A stretch of DNA of 63,196 nucleotides, filler included, from Candidatus Tectimicrobiota bacterium (GTDB taxonomy: Bacteria; JACPSX01): the NCBI GenBank assembly GCA_016193065.1. It is 5 parts of 5 records of this genome, joined end to end, with 100 filler letters (N's around TTAATTAATTAA, not from the genome) between each part and the next. Parts side by side here need not be neighbours in the genome. Positions count along the whole stretch, not along the records: positions 39,469 to 49,365 come from JACPSX010000051.1; positions 49,466 to 57,007 come from JACPSX010000030.1; 3 more parts are not named here. The stretch is one strand, 5' to 3'. The position numbers were made by a program, and so were the translations under genes. Of this stretch, positions 40,663-51,345 are shown piece after piece; the stretch's first letter is position 1, and the number at the start of each line of letters is the position of its first letter. The notes under the pieces are model-generated. The model made no database searches, was not told where the DNA came from, and saw only the letters and a program-made list of their open reading frames with translations.

Positions 40663-41782
40663 CTAAAGGGAACCATCGGATGCGGGGTACTGGCAACTGA
40701 GCAGATACGCTTCAATGAAGGGGTCCAGCGCTCCGTCGAGAACGGCATCGACATTACCAACCTCCACCTGGGTGCGGTGATCCTTCACCAACTGATAGGG
40801 ATGGAGCGTGTAAGACCGGATCTGACTGCCGAAGCCGATTTCCTTCTTCCCCGAGTGGAGTTCATCCATTTTTTCCTGGCGCTTCTGCTTTTCCAGCTCG
40901 TAGAGGCGGGCCTTCAGCACCTTGAGAGCAAAGGATCGGTTCTTGTGCTGAGAGCGCTCATTTTGCGACTGCACCACGATCCCCGTCGGAATATGAGTAA
41001 TCCGCACCGCGGAATCGGTCACATTGACGTGCTGCCCTCCGGCGCCGCTGGATCGGAAAGTGTCGATCCGCAAGTCAGCCTCATTAATCTCGATTTTAAT
41101 CTCATCCTCGATGTCGGGATACACAAAGACGGAGGCAAAGGAAGTGTGCCGCCGGTGATTGGCATCGAAGGGGGAAATGCGCACCAGACGGTGAACACCG
41201 TTTTCCGCTTTCAGGTAGCCAAAGGCATTTTCGCCGCTCACCGTCAATGTGGCCGACTTGACCCCCGCTTCTTCCCCCGGTTGCCAGTCCAATACCTGGG
41301 GGCGACACCCGTGCCGTTCGGCCCACCGTACGTACATACGGGCCAGCATCTGAGCCCAGTCTTGAGACTCCGTGCCGCCCGCCCCCGAGTGGATCATCAT
41401 GATGGCATCGCAATGATCGTTCTCCTCATGGAGGAGAGTCTCTATCTCAAACCGGGTCACGGATTCCACGAGCGGGGAAAGCTGTTGATCGACTTCTTCC
41501 AGTAAAGCAGTCTCCCCTTCACTCTCCATGAGGTCGACGAGTTCCCGTAGGTGATCCGAGTCCTCTTTCAATCGCTCCCAGCGTTCCACAATCCTCTGCA
41601 GGTGGGATCTTTCCTTGAGAATTTCCTTGGCTTTCTCGGGGTCGCTCCACAACTCTCCCCCGGCTGTCTGGGCCTCGACGGCCGCCAGGCGGGACCTCAA
41701 CCGGTCGATGTCAAAGTCGCCTCCGCAGCCCGTCGAGGCGGGCATGAAGGCCTTCCAGTGCGGTTCTTGTTTCTTCGAGCAT
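40663..41782 (-). CDS. prfB: Peptide chain release factor 2 with programmed +1 frameshift
   Basis: ATG 41782 MLEETRTALEGLHARLDGLRRRL, then GGAGG-CGA-CTT-TGA-C at 41716-41710; SPF and GGQ motifs. Confidence 0.97.
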
Positions 41783-41889
41783 TTCTCTCCCTCTCCTTTC
41801 CAATTCCTATGATCAGCGCGGACCGCCGGGAACTGGCACACTCTTCCGCTTCCCGGGACAGACGCCGCCCGCCGGCCTTGCAAGGCCCC

Positions 41890-42492
41890 TCAGCGAGGAC
41901 CCGATCTCGAGTACAGGTATTTCTTCCAGCTTTCCCAGAGAGACCTGGGGACGAGGCTTGGGTTCGCGTAGAACAACGGAACCTGGGGCTCGCGGGGAGG
42001 CCGGAGAAGGGTGAGTCCCGATTCAAGCAAAGTCCGGTTTCCCTTGCGCAAATTGCAGCGCTTGCAGGCCACGACCATGTTTTCCCAGCCGGTGCGCCCT
42101 CCCCGGGATTTCGGGATCACATGGTCCACGGTCAGATCCCGCCCGGAATGACCGCAGTACTGGCAGGTGTTGTTATCGCGGCGAAAGACGTTCTTCTTGC
42201 TGAAGGAAATCCGGTGCCGGTAGGGGCGCCGGATGAAGTGGGCCGTGCGAATCACCGCGGGCATCATGATGGTCAGCGAAGGGGATCGGATCGGCAGGCC
42301 GTCAGACTCGACATTTTCGGCTCTGCCGCTCAGAATCATGGTCACAGCCCTGCGGCCGGAGCAAAAGTGGATCGGTTCGTAAGAGTGACTGAGCACCAAA
42401 ACCTTGTATGAGTCGAGGCTACTACTAGAGAAAGCCTGGCCCTCCTCTCGATCCGGCGTCCATACGTCGGACGCGTTCACCGTGGATAACAT
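41890..42492 (-). CDS. HNH endonuclease (McrA-like small family); start may be downstream
   Basis: NVFRRDNNTCQYCG, LTVDHVIPKSRGG, WENMVVACKRCNLRKG. Confidence 0.9.
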   Translation of the reverse strand: MLSTVNASDVWTPDREEGQAFSSSSLDSYKVLVLSHSYEPIHFCSGRRAVTMILSGRAENVESDGLPIRSPSLTIMMPAVIRTAHFIRRPYRHRISFSKKNVFRRDNNTCQYCGHSGRDLTVDHVIPKSRGGRTGWENMVVACKRCNLRKGNRTLLESGLTLLRPPREPQVPLFYANPSLVPRSLWESWKKYLYSRSGPR

Positions 42493-42602
42493 TACAGGAA
42501 ATACTTTTCCCTGTCAACCGGACCCCGGCGCTATAATCAGGGCACTGCCTGATCTCTCAACCGCGCTCCGCCACGGATCCGGCAGGGAGGAACAGGCTGT
42601 GA

Positions 42603-44528
42603 GTGAACCCAATCCAATGGAGTCGTGACCGGGTGAACCGAAAGCTTATCTTGCTCTATGGAGGCATTCTCTTCCTGGCCGTCGTGGCCGGCTCGATTGC
42701 CGGTCTCCTGTCGGCCTACCTGCGCGATCTGCCCGAAATTTCCACCCTGGAGAGATACCGTCCAAGCGCTCTGACCACGGTTTATGCCCACACCGGCGAA
42801 CCCATCGGGGAGTTTTACCAGGAGCGCAGGGTGGTCGTCCCCCTGCAGAAGATCCCGCGCATCCTGCGGCAGGCGGTCTTGGCCAGCGAGGACGCCCGCT
42901 TCTACGAACACGAAGGGGTCGATCTGCAGGGGATCCTGCGCGCCCTCTGGTCCGACCTGAGGGCTCGGCGCATTGTCGAGGGAGGAAGCACAATTACCCA
43001 GCAATTGACCCGGCAGTTGTTTCTGTCTCCCGAGAAGAGCCTGGGGCGCAAGATCAAGGAAGCCATTCTCTCCCTGCAAATCGAAACCCGCCACGCCAAG
43101 GACGAGATTTTGGAGTTCTATTTGAATCAGGTCTACTTCGGCAGCGGGGCCTACGGAGTCGAAGCCGCGTCCCGCACCTACTTCGGCAAGAGAGCCGCGG
43201 ACCTGAACCTGGGCGAGGCCGCCCTCATCGCGGGTCTCCCAAAAGCTCCCTCCCAGTTTTCGCCGTTTCTTAACCCGGAACGGGCCCGGGAGAGACAGCG
43301 CTACGTCCTGGGTCGCATGCTCGCCCTGGGAATGATCACCCGGGAACAGGCTGCAGAGGCGTCGGCAGCACCGCTGTCCCTCGTCAGCCCCACACCGACG
43401 GTTCTGGCTGCCCATTTCGTGGAAGGCATCCGCCAGGAACTCCAGGACAAAGTGGGCCCGCAAAAACTCTACCGGGGAGGGTTGAAAGTTTACACGACTC
43501 TGGACGCCTCCCTGCAGCGGGCCGCCCAGGAAGCGCTGGAAAAAGGGGTCACGGACCTGGAGCGCAGGCAAGCCGGTTACCGGCGTCGCATGAAGCCCTC
43601 GCCCCCTCCCGTGGAGGGAGCTCTGGTGGCCATTGATCCCAAGACCGGCTACATTCGGGCTCTGGTGGGTGGACGGGATTTCCGGCAGAGCCAGTTCAAC
43701 CGGGTCACACAGGCCCTGCGGCAACCAGGCTCGGCCTTCAAGCCGTTTATTTACGCCGCCGCCCTGAGCAGCGGTTATTCCCCCGATGACCTGCTTCTGG
43801 ACGCCCCGGTCTCCTACGTGGCGGCGCCCGGAGCCCCGCTCTGGAAGCCGGAGAACTACGACGGCAAGTTCCTGGGGCCCGTTCCCCTTCACCAGGCCCT
43901 GGCCGAATCACGCAACGTTCCGACGGTGAGGCTCCTGGAGAAAGTGGGTCCCAACAAAGTAATCGACTTGGCCCGGCGCCTGGGGATCCGCAGCCCCCTG
44001 CAGCCCTATCTCTCTTTGGCCCTGGGGTCCTCCGATCTCACGCTGCTGGAGATCACGGCCGCCTTTGCAGCTTTCGCCAACGAAGGAATCTGGATCAAGC
44101 CGGTCTCCTGGGTCAAGATCACGGATCCGGCCGGGCGGATACTGGAGGAGAGCCAGACGGAGGTGCGGGATTCAATCCCCGCCGGGCTGGCCCAGGAGAT
44201 GAGCAAGCTTCTGCAAGGCGTCGTCGAGCACGGCACCGGACAATTTGCCAAGGTTCTGGGGCAGCCGGCCGCCGGGAAAACGGGCACCACCAACGATTTC
44301 GAGGACGCCTGGTTCATCGGCTACTCCGTGGGACTGGTGGCCGGAGTGTGGGTGGGATACGACGACCATCGCCCCCTGGGAAATCGAGAAACAGGAGCCA
44401 AGGCAGCGGGTCCCATCTGGCTTGAATTCATGCAGCAGGCCCTGCGCAAGTCCCGCTCCCCTGACACTTCCCCGTCCCTCCCCGCAGTAGACTCTGCCCC
44501 CTTGCGGTCCGCAGTGCCAATGAACTGA
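42603..44528 (+). CDS. Class A penicillin-binding protein (PBP1A family)
   Basis: EDARFYEH, GGSTITQQ, RKIKE, RQPGSAFKP, SRN, KTGT. Confidence 0.95.
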   Translation: MNPIQWSRDRVNRKLILLYGGILFLAVVAGSIAGLLSAYLRDLPEISTLERYRPSALTTVYAHTGEPIGEFYQERRVVVPLQKIPRILRQAVLASEDARFYEHEGVDLQGILRALWSDLRARRIVEGGSTITQQLTRQLFLSPEKSLGRKIKEAILSLQIETRHAKDEILEFYLNQVYFGSGAYGVEAASRTYFGKRAADLNLGEAALIAGLPKAPSQFSPFLNPERARERQRYVLGRMLALGMITREQAAEASAAPLSLVSPTPTVLAAHFVEGIRQELQDKVGPQKLYRGGLKVYTTLDASLQRAAQEALEKGVTDLERRQAGYRRRMKPSPPPVEGALVAIDPKTGYIRALVGGRDFRQSQFNRVTQALRQPGSAFKPFIYAAALSSGYSPDDLLLDAPVSYVAAPGAPLWKPENYDGKFLGPVPLHQALAESRNVPTVRLLEKVGPNKVIDLARRLGIRSPLQPYLSLALGSSDLTLLEITAAFAAFANEGIWIKPVSWVKITDPAGRILEESQTEVRDSIPAGLAQEMSKLLQGVVEHGTGQFAKVLGQPAAGKTGTTNDFEDAWFIGYSVGLVAGVWVGYDDHRPLGNRETGAKAAGPIWLEFMQQALRKSRSPDTSPSLPAVDSAPLRSAVPMN

Positions 44529-44551
44529 AAACAAGCGGAGAGAGCGGCGCC

Positions 44552-45469
44552 CTACAGGATGGAATCGGCGAAAGCCTCGGGATCAAACTCTCTCAAGTCG
44601 TCCGGGGACTCCCCCACGCCTACGTAATGTACGGGGAGCCGGAACTCATCCACGATCCGCAGGAGAATTCCGCCTTTGGCGGTGCCGTCGAGCTTGGTAA
44701 CCACCAGGCCGGTGACGCCGATGGCCTCGTGAAACAGGCGCACCTGAGAGACGGCGTTTTGCCCCGTGGTGGCATCGAGGATCAGAAGTACCTCGTGGGG
44801 AGCCGTGGGGACGACCTGGCCCATGACCCGCTTGATCTTCTTGAGTTCTTCCATGAGGTTCATCTTGGTGTGAAGCCGGCCCGCGGTGTCGGCCAGTACA
44901 ACCTGAGATCCCCTGGCTTTGGCGGCCTGCAGAGCATCGTAAATGACGGCGGCCGGATCCGCCCCGCTCTGATGCTTGACGACCTGGGCCCGGGCCCTCT
45001 CTCCCCAGATCTCCAGCTGTTCAATCGCTGCCGCTCGAAACGTGTCGCCGGCGGCCAGGAGGACAGCAGACCCCTCGTCCACCCAACGCTTGGCCAGCTT
45101 GCCGATCGTAGTGGTTTTCCCGACCCCGTTGACCCCGACCACCATGATGACTCGCGGAGCCTGCGGGCACGGGCCGGGAGCGGGCACTCCCTGGGAGAGA
45201 ATCTCCACCAGGATGCGGCGCAGGATTTCCTTGAGATCGCAAGCCTCCCGAATTCCTTCCCGGGCCGCTTTCTCCTGCAGCCGAGCAACAATGTTGCCCG
45301 CCGTCTGAGGACCCACGTCCGCCAGGATGAGCGCCTCCTCCAGCTCCTCCAGCAACTCCTGATCAAGGCGGCGGCCCGCCACTCCCCGCAGCCAGTCCAG
45401 GCGACTTTGCAGGTTCTGGCGGGTTTTCGCCAGCCCCTGTTTCCAGCGGTCCAAAAAGGCCAGTGCCAT
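44552..45469 (-). CDS. ftsY: SRP receptor FtsY
   Basis: GVNGVGKTTTIGK, DTFRAAA, DTAGR, TKLDGTAKGG. Confidence 0.97.
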   Translation of the reverse strand: MALAFLDRWKQGLAKTRQNLQSRLDWLRGVAGRRLDQELLEELEEALILADVGPQTAGNIVARLQEKAAREGIREACDLKEILRRILVEILSQGVPAPGPCPQAPRVIMVVGVNGVGKTTTIGKLAKRWVDEGSAVLLAAGDTFRAAAIEQLEIWGERARAQVVKHQSGADPAAVIYDALQAAKARGSQVVLADTAGRLHTKMNLMEELKKIKRVMGQVVPTAPHEVLLILDATTGQNAVSQVRLFHEAIGVTGLVVTKLDGTAKGGILLRIVDEFRLPVHYVGVGESPDDLREFDPEAFADSIL

Positions 45470-45554
45470 CTCGCTCCCTTCCAGAATCGTTGATTCTCGG
45501 ATTCTCGCCCCAGCGAGGAGACGCAACCCCGATCGCTTCCGGTTCAGCCCCGAT

Positions 45555-48500
45555 CTAGGAGGGTACCTGGTGGCCGTTGAGGATCACGCTCACCAGTTGG
45601 GAGATCCCTTCTTCCTCCATCGTGACCCCGTAGAGGCGGTCCGCGATCGTCATGGTCCGCTTGTTGTGAGTGATGATGAGGAACTGGGTCCGGGAGGAGA
45701 TTTCCCGGACCATCTCGCCGAAGCGCAGGACGTTGGCTTCATCCAGGGGCGCGTCCACCTCGTCCAGGATGCAGAAAGGACTGGGGTTGACCAGGAAAAT
45801 GGCGAACAGGAACGAAAGGGCCGTCAAGGCCTTTTCCCCGGCGGACAACAGGGCCAGGTTTTGCAGCTTTTTTCCCGGAGGCTGAGCAATGATATCCACG
45901 CCGCTTTCCAGGGGTTCAGCGGGGTTCGTGAGGACCAGAGTGGCCTCGCCTCCCCCAAAGAGCCGGATGAAAACCTTCTCGAAATTGTTTTTGATCTGCT
46001 CAAACGATGTGGTGAATTTCTCGCGGATCGTGAGGTTGATCTTGCGAATCGTCTCGTGCAGATCCCCCAGAGATTTTTCCAGGTCTTCCCTCTGGGAGTC
46101 CAAAAACCGATGGCGCTCCTTCAACTCCTCGAACTCCTGCAGCGCCGTCATGTTGATTTCTCCCAGCCGCTGCATGGAATCCTTTACTTCCCCGGCCCTT
46201 TGCTTCCACCCCCCCACATCCACCTCGGGCTGGGACTGGAAGAGATGGACAATTTCCGCGATGGGACGCCCGTAAGAGCTCACACCGCGATCCTCCAGAT
46301 GCCTCAGAGTGACCCGTTCTTCGGTCCATTGGATTTCCGCTCTGGAAAAAGTTTCCCGCGCCTGATCCAGTTCAAGGTTCGCCTCTTTGACGGCGACCTC
46401 CAGCTCCTCAAACTGTGCGCGCCCGGTCTGCAGGGACTCCTCCATCTCTTGCAGAGACGCCGAGCGCTGGTCCTTCAAAGCCGAGAGATCCTGGAGAGAT
46501 CTCTCCCCCTCGTCGATGGTCTCCCGGGCCATTTGGATCCCCTGCCGGGCTTCGGACTGGCGGGCCCGGAGTTTTTCCCTGGCAGCCTCCAGGTTCTCCT
46601 GCTCGCCGGTGAGATCTCGCAGAGTGGTCGAAAGCCCCTGTTCTTTTTCTCTCAAGGCTCCAATTTCAACCCGCAGCTCCGTGAGAGCAGCAGAAATTTC
46701 TGCGCTTTTCCTGTTGCGATCCTCCAGGTCCCCCTGCCCGCAGCGGATTTCCTCTTCGACCCGCAGGCACTGATGCTCCAGAAGAGCGCACAGCTCTTCC
46801 TGCTTGGCGACCTCCTCCCGGAGCCGGGCTTCCTCCTCGGCAAGCATACCCCGCTCGTATCCCAGCGCCCGCCGCCGCTCGGTCCAGCGTCTGATTTCTC
46901 CCTCCTGCTGTTCCACGTCCCGCCGGCAATTGACCCGTTCAATCTCGCTTTCGCGCAGGAGAGCGGCGATCCTCTGTTGCTCCTTCTGAAGATCCTCCAG
47001 CTCCCGCAGGAGCGCTTCTCTGCGGCCTTCCAGGCCGCGGATTTCCTCGCGCAGAGCCACCGCCTCGGAGTCGAGTTCCTGGATCCGGCGGCGCCTGGCC
47101 AGCAGCGTCCCGCCCTCGCTCTGTCCCTGATCACCCCCTCCGATGACCAGCCCGGTGGGATCCACCACGTCCCCTTCCAGAGTCACAAGGGTTCCCGGAA
47201 AGGCATGGCGTTGCCAGAGATCGAGGGCATCCTGCAAGGTTTCAACGACCAGGACCTCCCCCAGCAAGCTGTAAACCGCCGCCCGAAACTCCTCGGGGCA
47301 GCGCACCAGATCCAGGGCCATCCCGACGATCCCCCGATCGCCGTTGGGGGAATAGGCAAAGGAGCCGTTGGATTTGGGCTGCATGGGAAGGAATCCGCCC
47401 CGGCCCCCGGTTCTGTCCTTCAAAAAAGAGATCGCTCGCAGCGCCGTCTCGTGTCCATCGACCAGGAGGCACTGCAGTTTTTCTCCCAGAGCAGCCTCGA
47501 CGGCCTTTTCGAACCGCGGCGAGGTCTCCAGCACCTCCGCCACCACACCTTTGAGCCCCGGCAGCGCGAGCCCGGACCCCTCCTGCACCAGGAGACTGCG
47601 CACGCCCCGGGCAAAACCCTCATAATTCCGCTGCAGGTCCCGTAAGGTCTGCAGTTGGGAGAGAACCCCCTGGAGCTGGCCCCGGCGTTCTTGAATCCCA
47701 TTTTCCGTTTCCTGAACCTCAACCATTTTTTCGCGCAGGCGGTCCTGGAATACAGCTTGCTCCCGGCCAAGTGAGAGGACGCACTCCTCGCTGGCCCGCA
47801 ACCTGTCCGAACCCACCTGCAGCAACCGGGTCGATTCCCTCTCCCCCTCGCGGATCCGGCCCTCCTCCTGCAAGAGCCGCTGGGAGCGGCCGGCAAAATC
47901 TTCCTGGCGGCTCAGCAAGGACTCCCGCTGGGTGCGGCCCTGGGAAAGGCGGCTGTGCAGATCGATGTAGGCGGTCTTTTTCTCCTCCAGGCCCTGGGCG
48001 AGAAGCCTTGACTGCGCCTGCAGCCGGGTCATCTCGCCGTCGACGGCAACCCGGCGCTCCTCGAGGGCTTCGAGCTGGCCCAGCAACTCGCCCCTTTCCT
48101 GCCGCCGGCGGACCCTCGTCTGTTCCAAGCGCACCCCGCGCTCGCTGAGTTCTCCGAGCTCCTCTTCAAGGCGCTCCAGCTCTTTGCCCCGGCTGACAAT
48201 CTGCTCGCGGGCCACATCGAGCCGGCTGCGGGCTCGATCCAGCGCACTGACCACTTCCTGAAATTCCAAGCGCAGGACGGAGAGGGTCTTCTCCCGATCC
48301 AGGAGGCTCATCTTGGCCTGCCCGACCCTGTTTTCCGCCGCCTCCTTGCGGGCCGAGATTTCCTCCATTCGAGCGCGCAGGGCTGCGCAGCTCCGCGCAC
48401 TTTCCTCGGCGCTCCCCCTCACAGTCACGTACTCGCAGCCCAGGATCAGCATTTCCAGGCGGAGCAATTCCTGCTGGAGGTTGCGATAGGTCTCGGCCTT

Positions 48501-49148
48501 GCGGGCCTGGCGGGACAGGGAATTCATCTGGCGCTTGACCTCGCCCAGGATGTCGCCGACCCGCTGCAGGTTCTGCTGGGTGTCCTCCATTTTGCGCAGA
48601 GCTTCTTCCTTGCGATGCTTGTACTTCAAGACACCGGCGGCCCCATCGATGTAGGAGCGGCGCTCCTCCGGCTTGGCCTGCAACAGCTCGTAGATATCCG
48701 CTTGCTCCATGAGAGCCAGGCCGCTGCTGCTGACGCCCAGATCCAGGAAGGCATCCACCACATCCTTGAGGCGGACAGGGGTCTTGTTGATCAGGTATTC
48801 GCTCTCCCCCGAGCGGTAGAGACGGCGTCCCAGGCTAATTTCCGAGTACTCCCGCAGGGCCGCATTGGTGATCCTGCCATCGAGGTCGGTGATCAGGACG
48901 TTGGCTTCCGCCATGCCGCTAGAACGCCGGTTTTGCGTGCCGTTAAATATGAAGTCCTCCATCCGCTTGCCGCGCAGCGTCCTGGCGCTTTGCTCCCCAA
49001 GCACCCAACGGATGGCATCCACGATATTGCTTTTGCCGCAACCGTTGGGTCCGACAATGGCCGTAATCCCGGGTTCCAGGGTAACTTGAGCCTCATCCCC
49101 AAAAGATTTAAACCCTACCAGGTCCAACCGTTTAATATACAAACCCAT
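45555..49148 (-). CDS. smc: Chromosome segregation protein SMC
   Basis: GFKSF, GPNGCGKSN, coiled coils and hinge, LSAGEK, LDEVDAPLD. Confidence 0.97.
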   Translation of the reverse strand: MGLYIKRLDLVGFKSFGDEAQVTLEPGITAIVGPNGCGKSNIVDAIRWVLGEQSARTLRGKRMEDFIFNGTQNRRSSGMAEANVLITDLDGRITNAALREYSEISLGRRLYRSGESEYLINKTPVRLKDVVDAFLDLGVSSSGLALMEQADIYELLQAKPEERRSYIDGAAGVLKYKHRKEEALRKMEDTQQNLQRVGDILGEVKRQMNSLSRQARKAETYRNLQQELLRLEMLILGCEYVTVRGSAEESARSCAALRARMEEISARKEAAENRVGQAKMSLLDREKTLSVLRLEFQEVVSALDRARSRLDVAREQIVSRGKELERLEEELGELSERGVRLEQTRVRRRQERGELLGQLEALEERRVAVDGEMTRLQAQSRLLAQGLEEKKTAYIDLHSRLSQGRTQRESLLSRQEDFAGRSQRLLQEEGRIREGERESTRLLQVGSDRLRASEECVLSLGREQAVFQDRLREKMVEVQETENGIQERRGQLQGVLSQLQTLRDLQRNYEGFARGVRSLLVQEGSGLALPGLKGVVAEVLETSPRFEKAVEAALGEKLQCLLVDGHETALRAISFLKDRTGGRGGFLPMQPKSNGSFAYSPNGDRGIVGMALDLVRCPEEFRAAVYSLLGEVLVVETLQDALDLWQRHAFPGTLVTLEGDVVDPTGLVIGGGDQGQSEGGTLLARRRRIQELDSEAVALREEIRGLEGRREALLRELEDLQKEQQRIAALLRESEIERVNCRRDVEQQEGEIRRWTERRRALGYERGMLAEEEARLREEVAKQEELCALLEHQCLRVEEEIRCGQGDLEDRNRKSAEISAALTELRVEIGALREKEQGLSTTLRDLTGEQENLEAAREKLRARQSEARQGIQMARETIDEGERSLQDLSALKDQRSASLQEMEESLQTGRAQFEELEVAVKEANLELDQARETFSRAEIQWTEERVTLRHLEDRGVSSYGRPIAEIVHLFQSQPEVDVGGWKQRAGEVKDSMQRLGEINMTALQEFEELKERHRFLDSQREDLEKSLGDLHETIRKINLTIREKFTTSFEQIKNNFEKVFIRLFGGGEATLVLTNPAEPLESGVDIIAQPPGKKLQNLALLSAGEKALTALSFLFAIFLVNPSPFCILDEVDAPLDEANVLRFGEMVREISSRTQFLIITHNKRTMTIADRLYGVTMEEEGISQLVSVILNGHQVPS

Positions 49149-49181
49149 TCCTCCCTGATCTTGGAGTCAGATTTGGCGGCT

Positions 49182-49210
49182 ATGGTAACACTCACAAAAT
49201 GAGATGTAAA
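49182..49210 (-). promoter_or_regulatory. Sigma70 promoter of smc-ftsY
   Basis: TTTACA-17nt-TACCAT with extended TG. Confidence 0.65.
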
Positions 49211-49218
49211 GGGGAAAG

Positions 49219-49264
49219 TCCAACAAATGGTGGGGATGAAGAGGCCATACAACAAGATCTAGTG
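49219..49264. promoter_or_regulatory. Tandem NrdR-box-like sites
   Basis: TCCAACAAATGGTG (49219) and AACAAGATCTAGTG (49251), 32 bp apart; resemble CACwATATnTwGTG. Confidence 0.5.
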
Positions 49265-49365
49265 CCCGGTGAGGGCTGGCCATCCGCCAGGGGGGTAACC
49301 CCCGCCGGCGACGGGTTTGGAGGAGGAGACCGGGTGTGCCCCGCACGGGCGACTTAAAGTTTTGC

Positions 49366-49465
49366 NNNNNNNNNNNNNNNNNNNNNNNNNNNNNNNNNNN
49401 NNNNNNNNNTTAATTAATTAANNNNNNNNNNNNNNNNNNNNNNNNNNNNNNNNNNNNNNNNNNNN
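49366..49465. other. Artificial contig linker
   Basis: N44-TTAATTAATTAA-N44. Confidence 0.99.
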
Positions 49466-50095
49466 CTGGGGGTCTGCCTGGTGGACATCGGCGGCGGCAC
49501 CAGCGACATTGCCGTTTTCGCCCAGGGCTGCATACGCCACACGGCGGTTCTGTCCCTGGGCGGAAACCACGTGACCAACGACATTGCCGTGGGTCTTCGG
49601 ACCCCGACTCACGAGGCGGAAAAGCTCAAGAAGAAGTATGGATGCGCCTTGCGGGAACTGGTCAAGGAACAGGAAACCATCGAGGTTCCCAGCGTCGGGG
49701 GACGGGAGCCCCGCGTCCTTTCCCGGCAGCTCCTGAGCGAGATCATCGAGCCCCGCATGGAAGAAATCTTCACCCTCATCCAGAGGGAGATCATCACCAG
49801 CGGGTTTGCGGATCTGATCAGTTCGGGAATCGTCCTGACGGGAGGGGCGACGATTATGGAAGGAGTGCCGGAGCTCGCCGAGCGGGTGATGCACCTGCCG
49901 GTGCGGCGGGGGATCCCCGCCGGTGTCGGAGGTCTGGTGGACGTGGTGAGCAGTCCGCTGTACGCCACGGGCGTGGGGCTTCTCCTGTACGGCAGGCGGT
50001 GCCAGCTCCAGGGACGCAATCACCAGCTCAACGGCCATAACGTGTTCGATCGGGTAATGAGCCGCATGAAGACCTGGTTCGGAGAATTTTTTTAA
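49466..50095 (+). CDS. ftsA: Cell division protein FtsA (5'-truncated)
   Basis: DIGGGT, GGNHVTNDIA, AEKLK, VLTGG, C-terminal amphipathic helix WFGEFF. Confidence 0.96.
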   Translation: MGVCLVDIGGGTSDIAVFAQGCIRHTAVLSLGGNHVTNDIAVGLRTPTHEAEKLKKKYGCALRELVKEQETIEVPSVGGREPRVLSRQLLSEIIEPRMEEIFTLIQREIITSGFADLISSGIVLTGGATIMEGVPELAERVMHLPVRRGIPAGVGGLVDVVSSPLYATGVGLLLYGRRCQLQGRNHQLNGHNVFDRVMSRMKTWFGEFF

Positions 50096-50125
50096 CGGCG
50101 CAGCGCAGAGAGGAGGCAGGACTCT

Positions 50126-51271
50126 ATGTTTGAATTTCACGAGGAGCACGACCGCTCCGCCCGGATCGTGGTGGTGGGAGTCGGCGGCGGCGGGGGCAAC
50201 GCGGTCAACACCATGATCGCGGCCGGGCTCAGCGGGGTCGATTTTGTCGCCGCCAACACGGATGCTCAGGCCCTGAAGATCTCCCAGGCCCCGGTCGTCT
50301 TGCAGATGGGAGCGGAGTTGACCCGGGGTCTGGGCGCCGGGGCGGACCCGGAGGTCGGGCGCAGGGCCGCCCTGGAGGATGCGGATAAGATCGCCGACTT
50401 CCTGCAGGGGGCCGATATGGTTTTCATCACCGGCGGGATGGGCGGAGGAACCGCCACGGGGGCTGCGCCGATCATCGCCCAGATCGCCAAGGAGCAAAAA
50501 TCCCTGACCGTGGCGGTGGTCACCAAGCCGTTCCTCTTTGAAGGCAAGAAGCGCATGACCCGGGCTGAGGAAGGAGTGCGGGAGCTGCGCAACACCGTGG
50601 ACACGCTGATCACGATTCCGAACCAGCGCCTGCTGAACGTGGTGGGACGGCAGACTCCCCTGACGGAGGCGTTCCGCATCGCCGACGATGTCTTGCGCCA
50701 GGCGGTCCAGGGGATCTCGGATCTCATCATGGTGCCGGGCCTCATCAACCTGGATTTCGCCGACGTGCAGACGATCATGGCGGAGATGGGGATGGCCCTC
50801 ATGGGGAGCGGAATAGCCGGAGGTGAGAACCGGGCCGTCGAAGCCGCTCAGCGCGCCATTTCAAGTCCTCTTCTGGAGGAGTCTTCCATCGAAGGGGCCC
50901 GAGGGGTTCTCATCAACATCACGGGGGGGAGCGATCTTTCCCTGTACGAGGTGACCGAGGCCTCCTCTCTCATCCAGGAGGCAGCTCATGACGATGCCAA
51001 CATCATCTTCGGCGCCGTCATCGATCCCGGCATGGAGGAGCAGGTGAGGGTGACCGTCATTGCCACGGGTTTCGGGCTCCCGGAGCGGATGAACCAGACC
51101 ACGCCCGAGAAATCCAGGGGGATATCGGAGCGGGAGAACCTGGAGATTCCTACCCACGTCCGGCACAGGGTGCAGGTGAAAAAAGAAGTGAACAGCCGCA
51201 GTCCCGGGGTCATCCTGTACGACGATGAGGAACTGGACATCCCCACCTTCTTGAGGCGGCGTCCCGATTGA
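50126..51271 (+). CDS. ftsZ: Cell division protein FtsZ
   Basis: [32 protein letters not shown]. Confidence 0.98.
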   Translation: MFEFHEEHDRSARIVVVGVGGGGGNAVNTMIAAGLSGVDFVAANTDAQALKISQAPVVLQMGAELTRGLGAGADPEVGRRAALEDADKIADFLQGADMVFITGGMGGGTATGAAPIIAQIAKEQKSLTVAVVTKPFLFEGKKRMTRAEEGVRELRNTVDTLITIPNQRLLNVVGRQTPLTEAFRIADDVLRQAVQGISDLIMVPGLINLDFADVQTIMAEMGMALMGSGIAGGENRAVEAAQRAISSPLLEESSIEGARGVLINITGGSDLSLYEVTEASSLIQEAAHDDANIIFGAVIDPGMEEQVRVTVIATGFGLPERMNQTTPEKSRGISERENLEIPTHVRHRVQVKKEVNSRSPGVILYDDEELDIPTFLRRRPD

Positions 51272-51345
51272 GGGGACAGGGCAAGGAAGCGATCAGCGGT
51301 CAGCGATCAGCCGGACGGCAGGGCAGCTTGAAAGCTCAGAGAGCA

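Noticed and set aside
41890-42492. HNH gene as Cas9/IscB or restriction system
   Set aside because: Small stand-alone HNH in housekeeping context with no RuvC domain, guide-like RNA or methylase.
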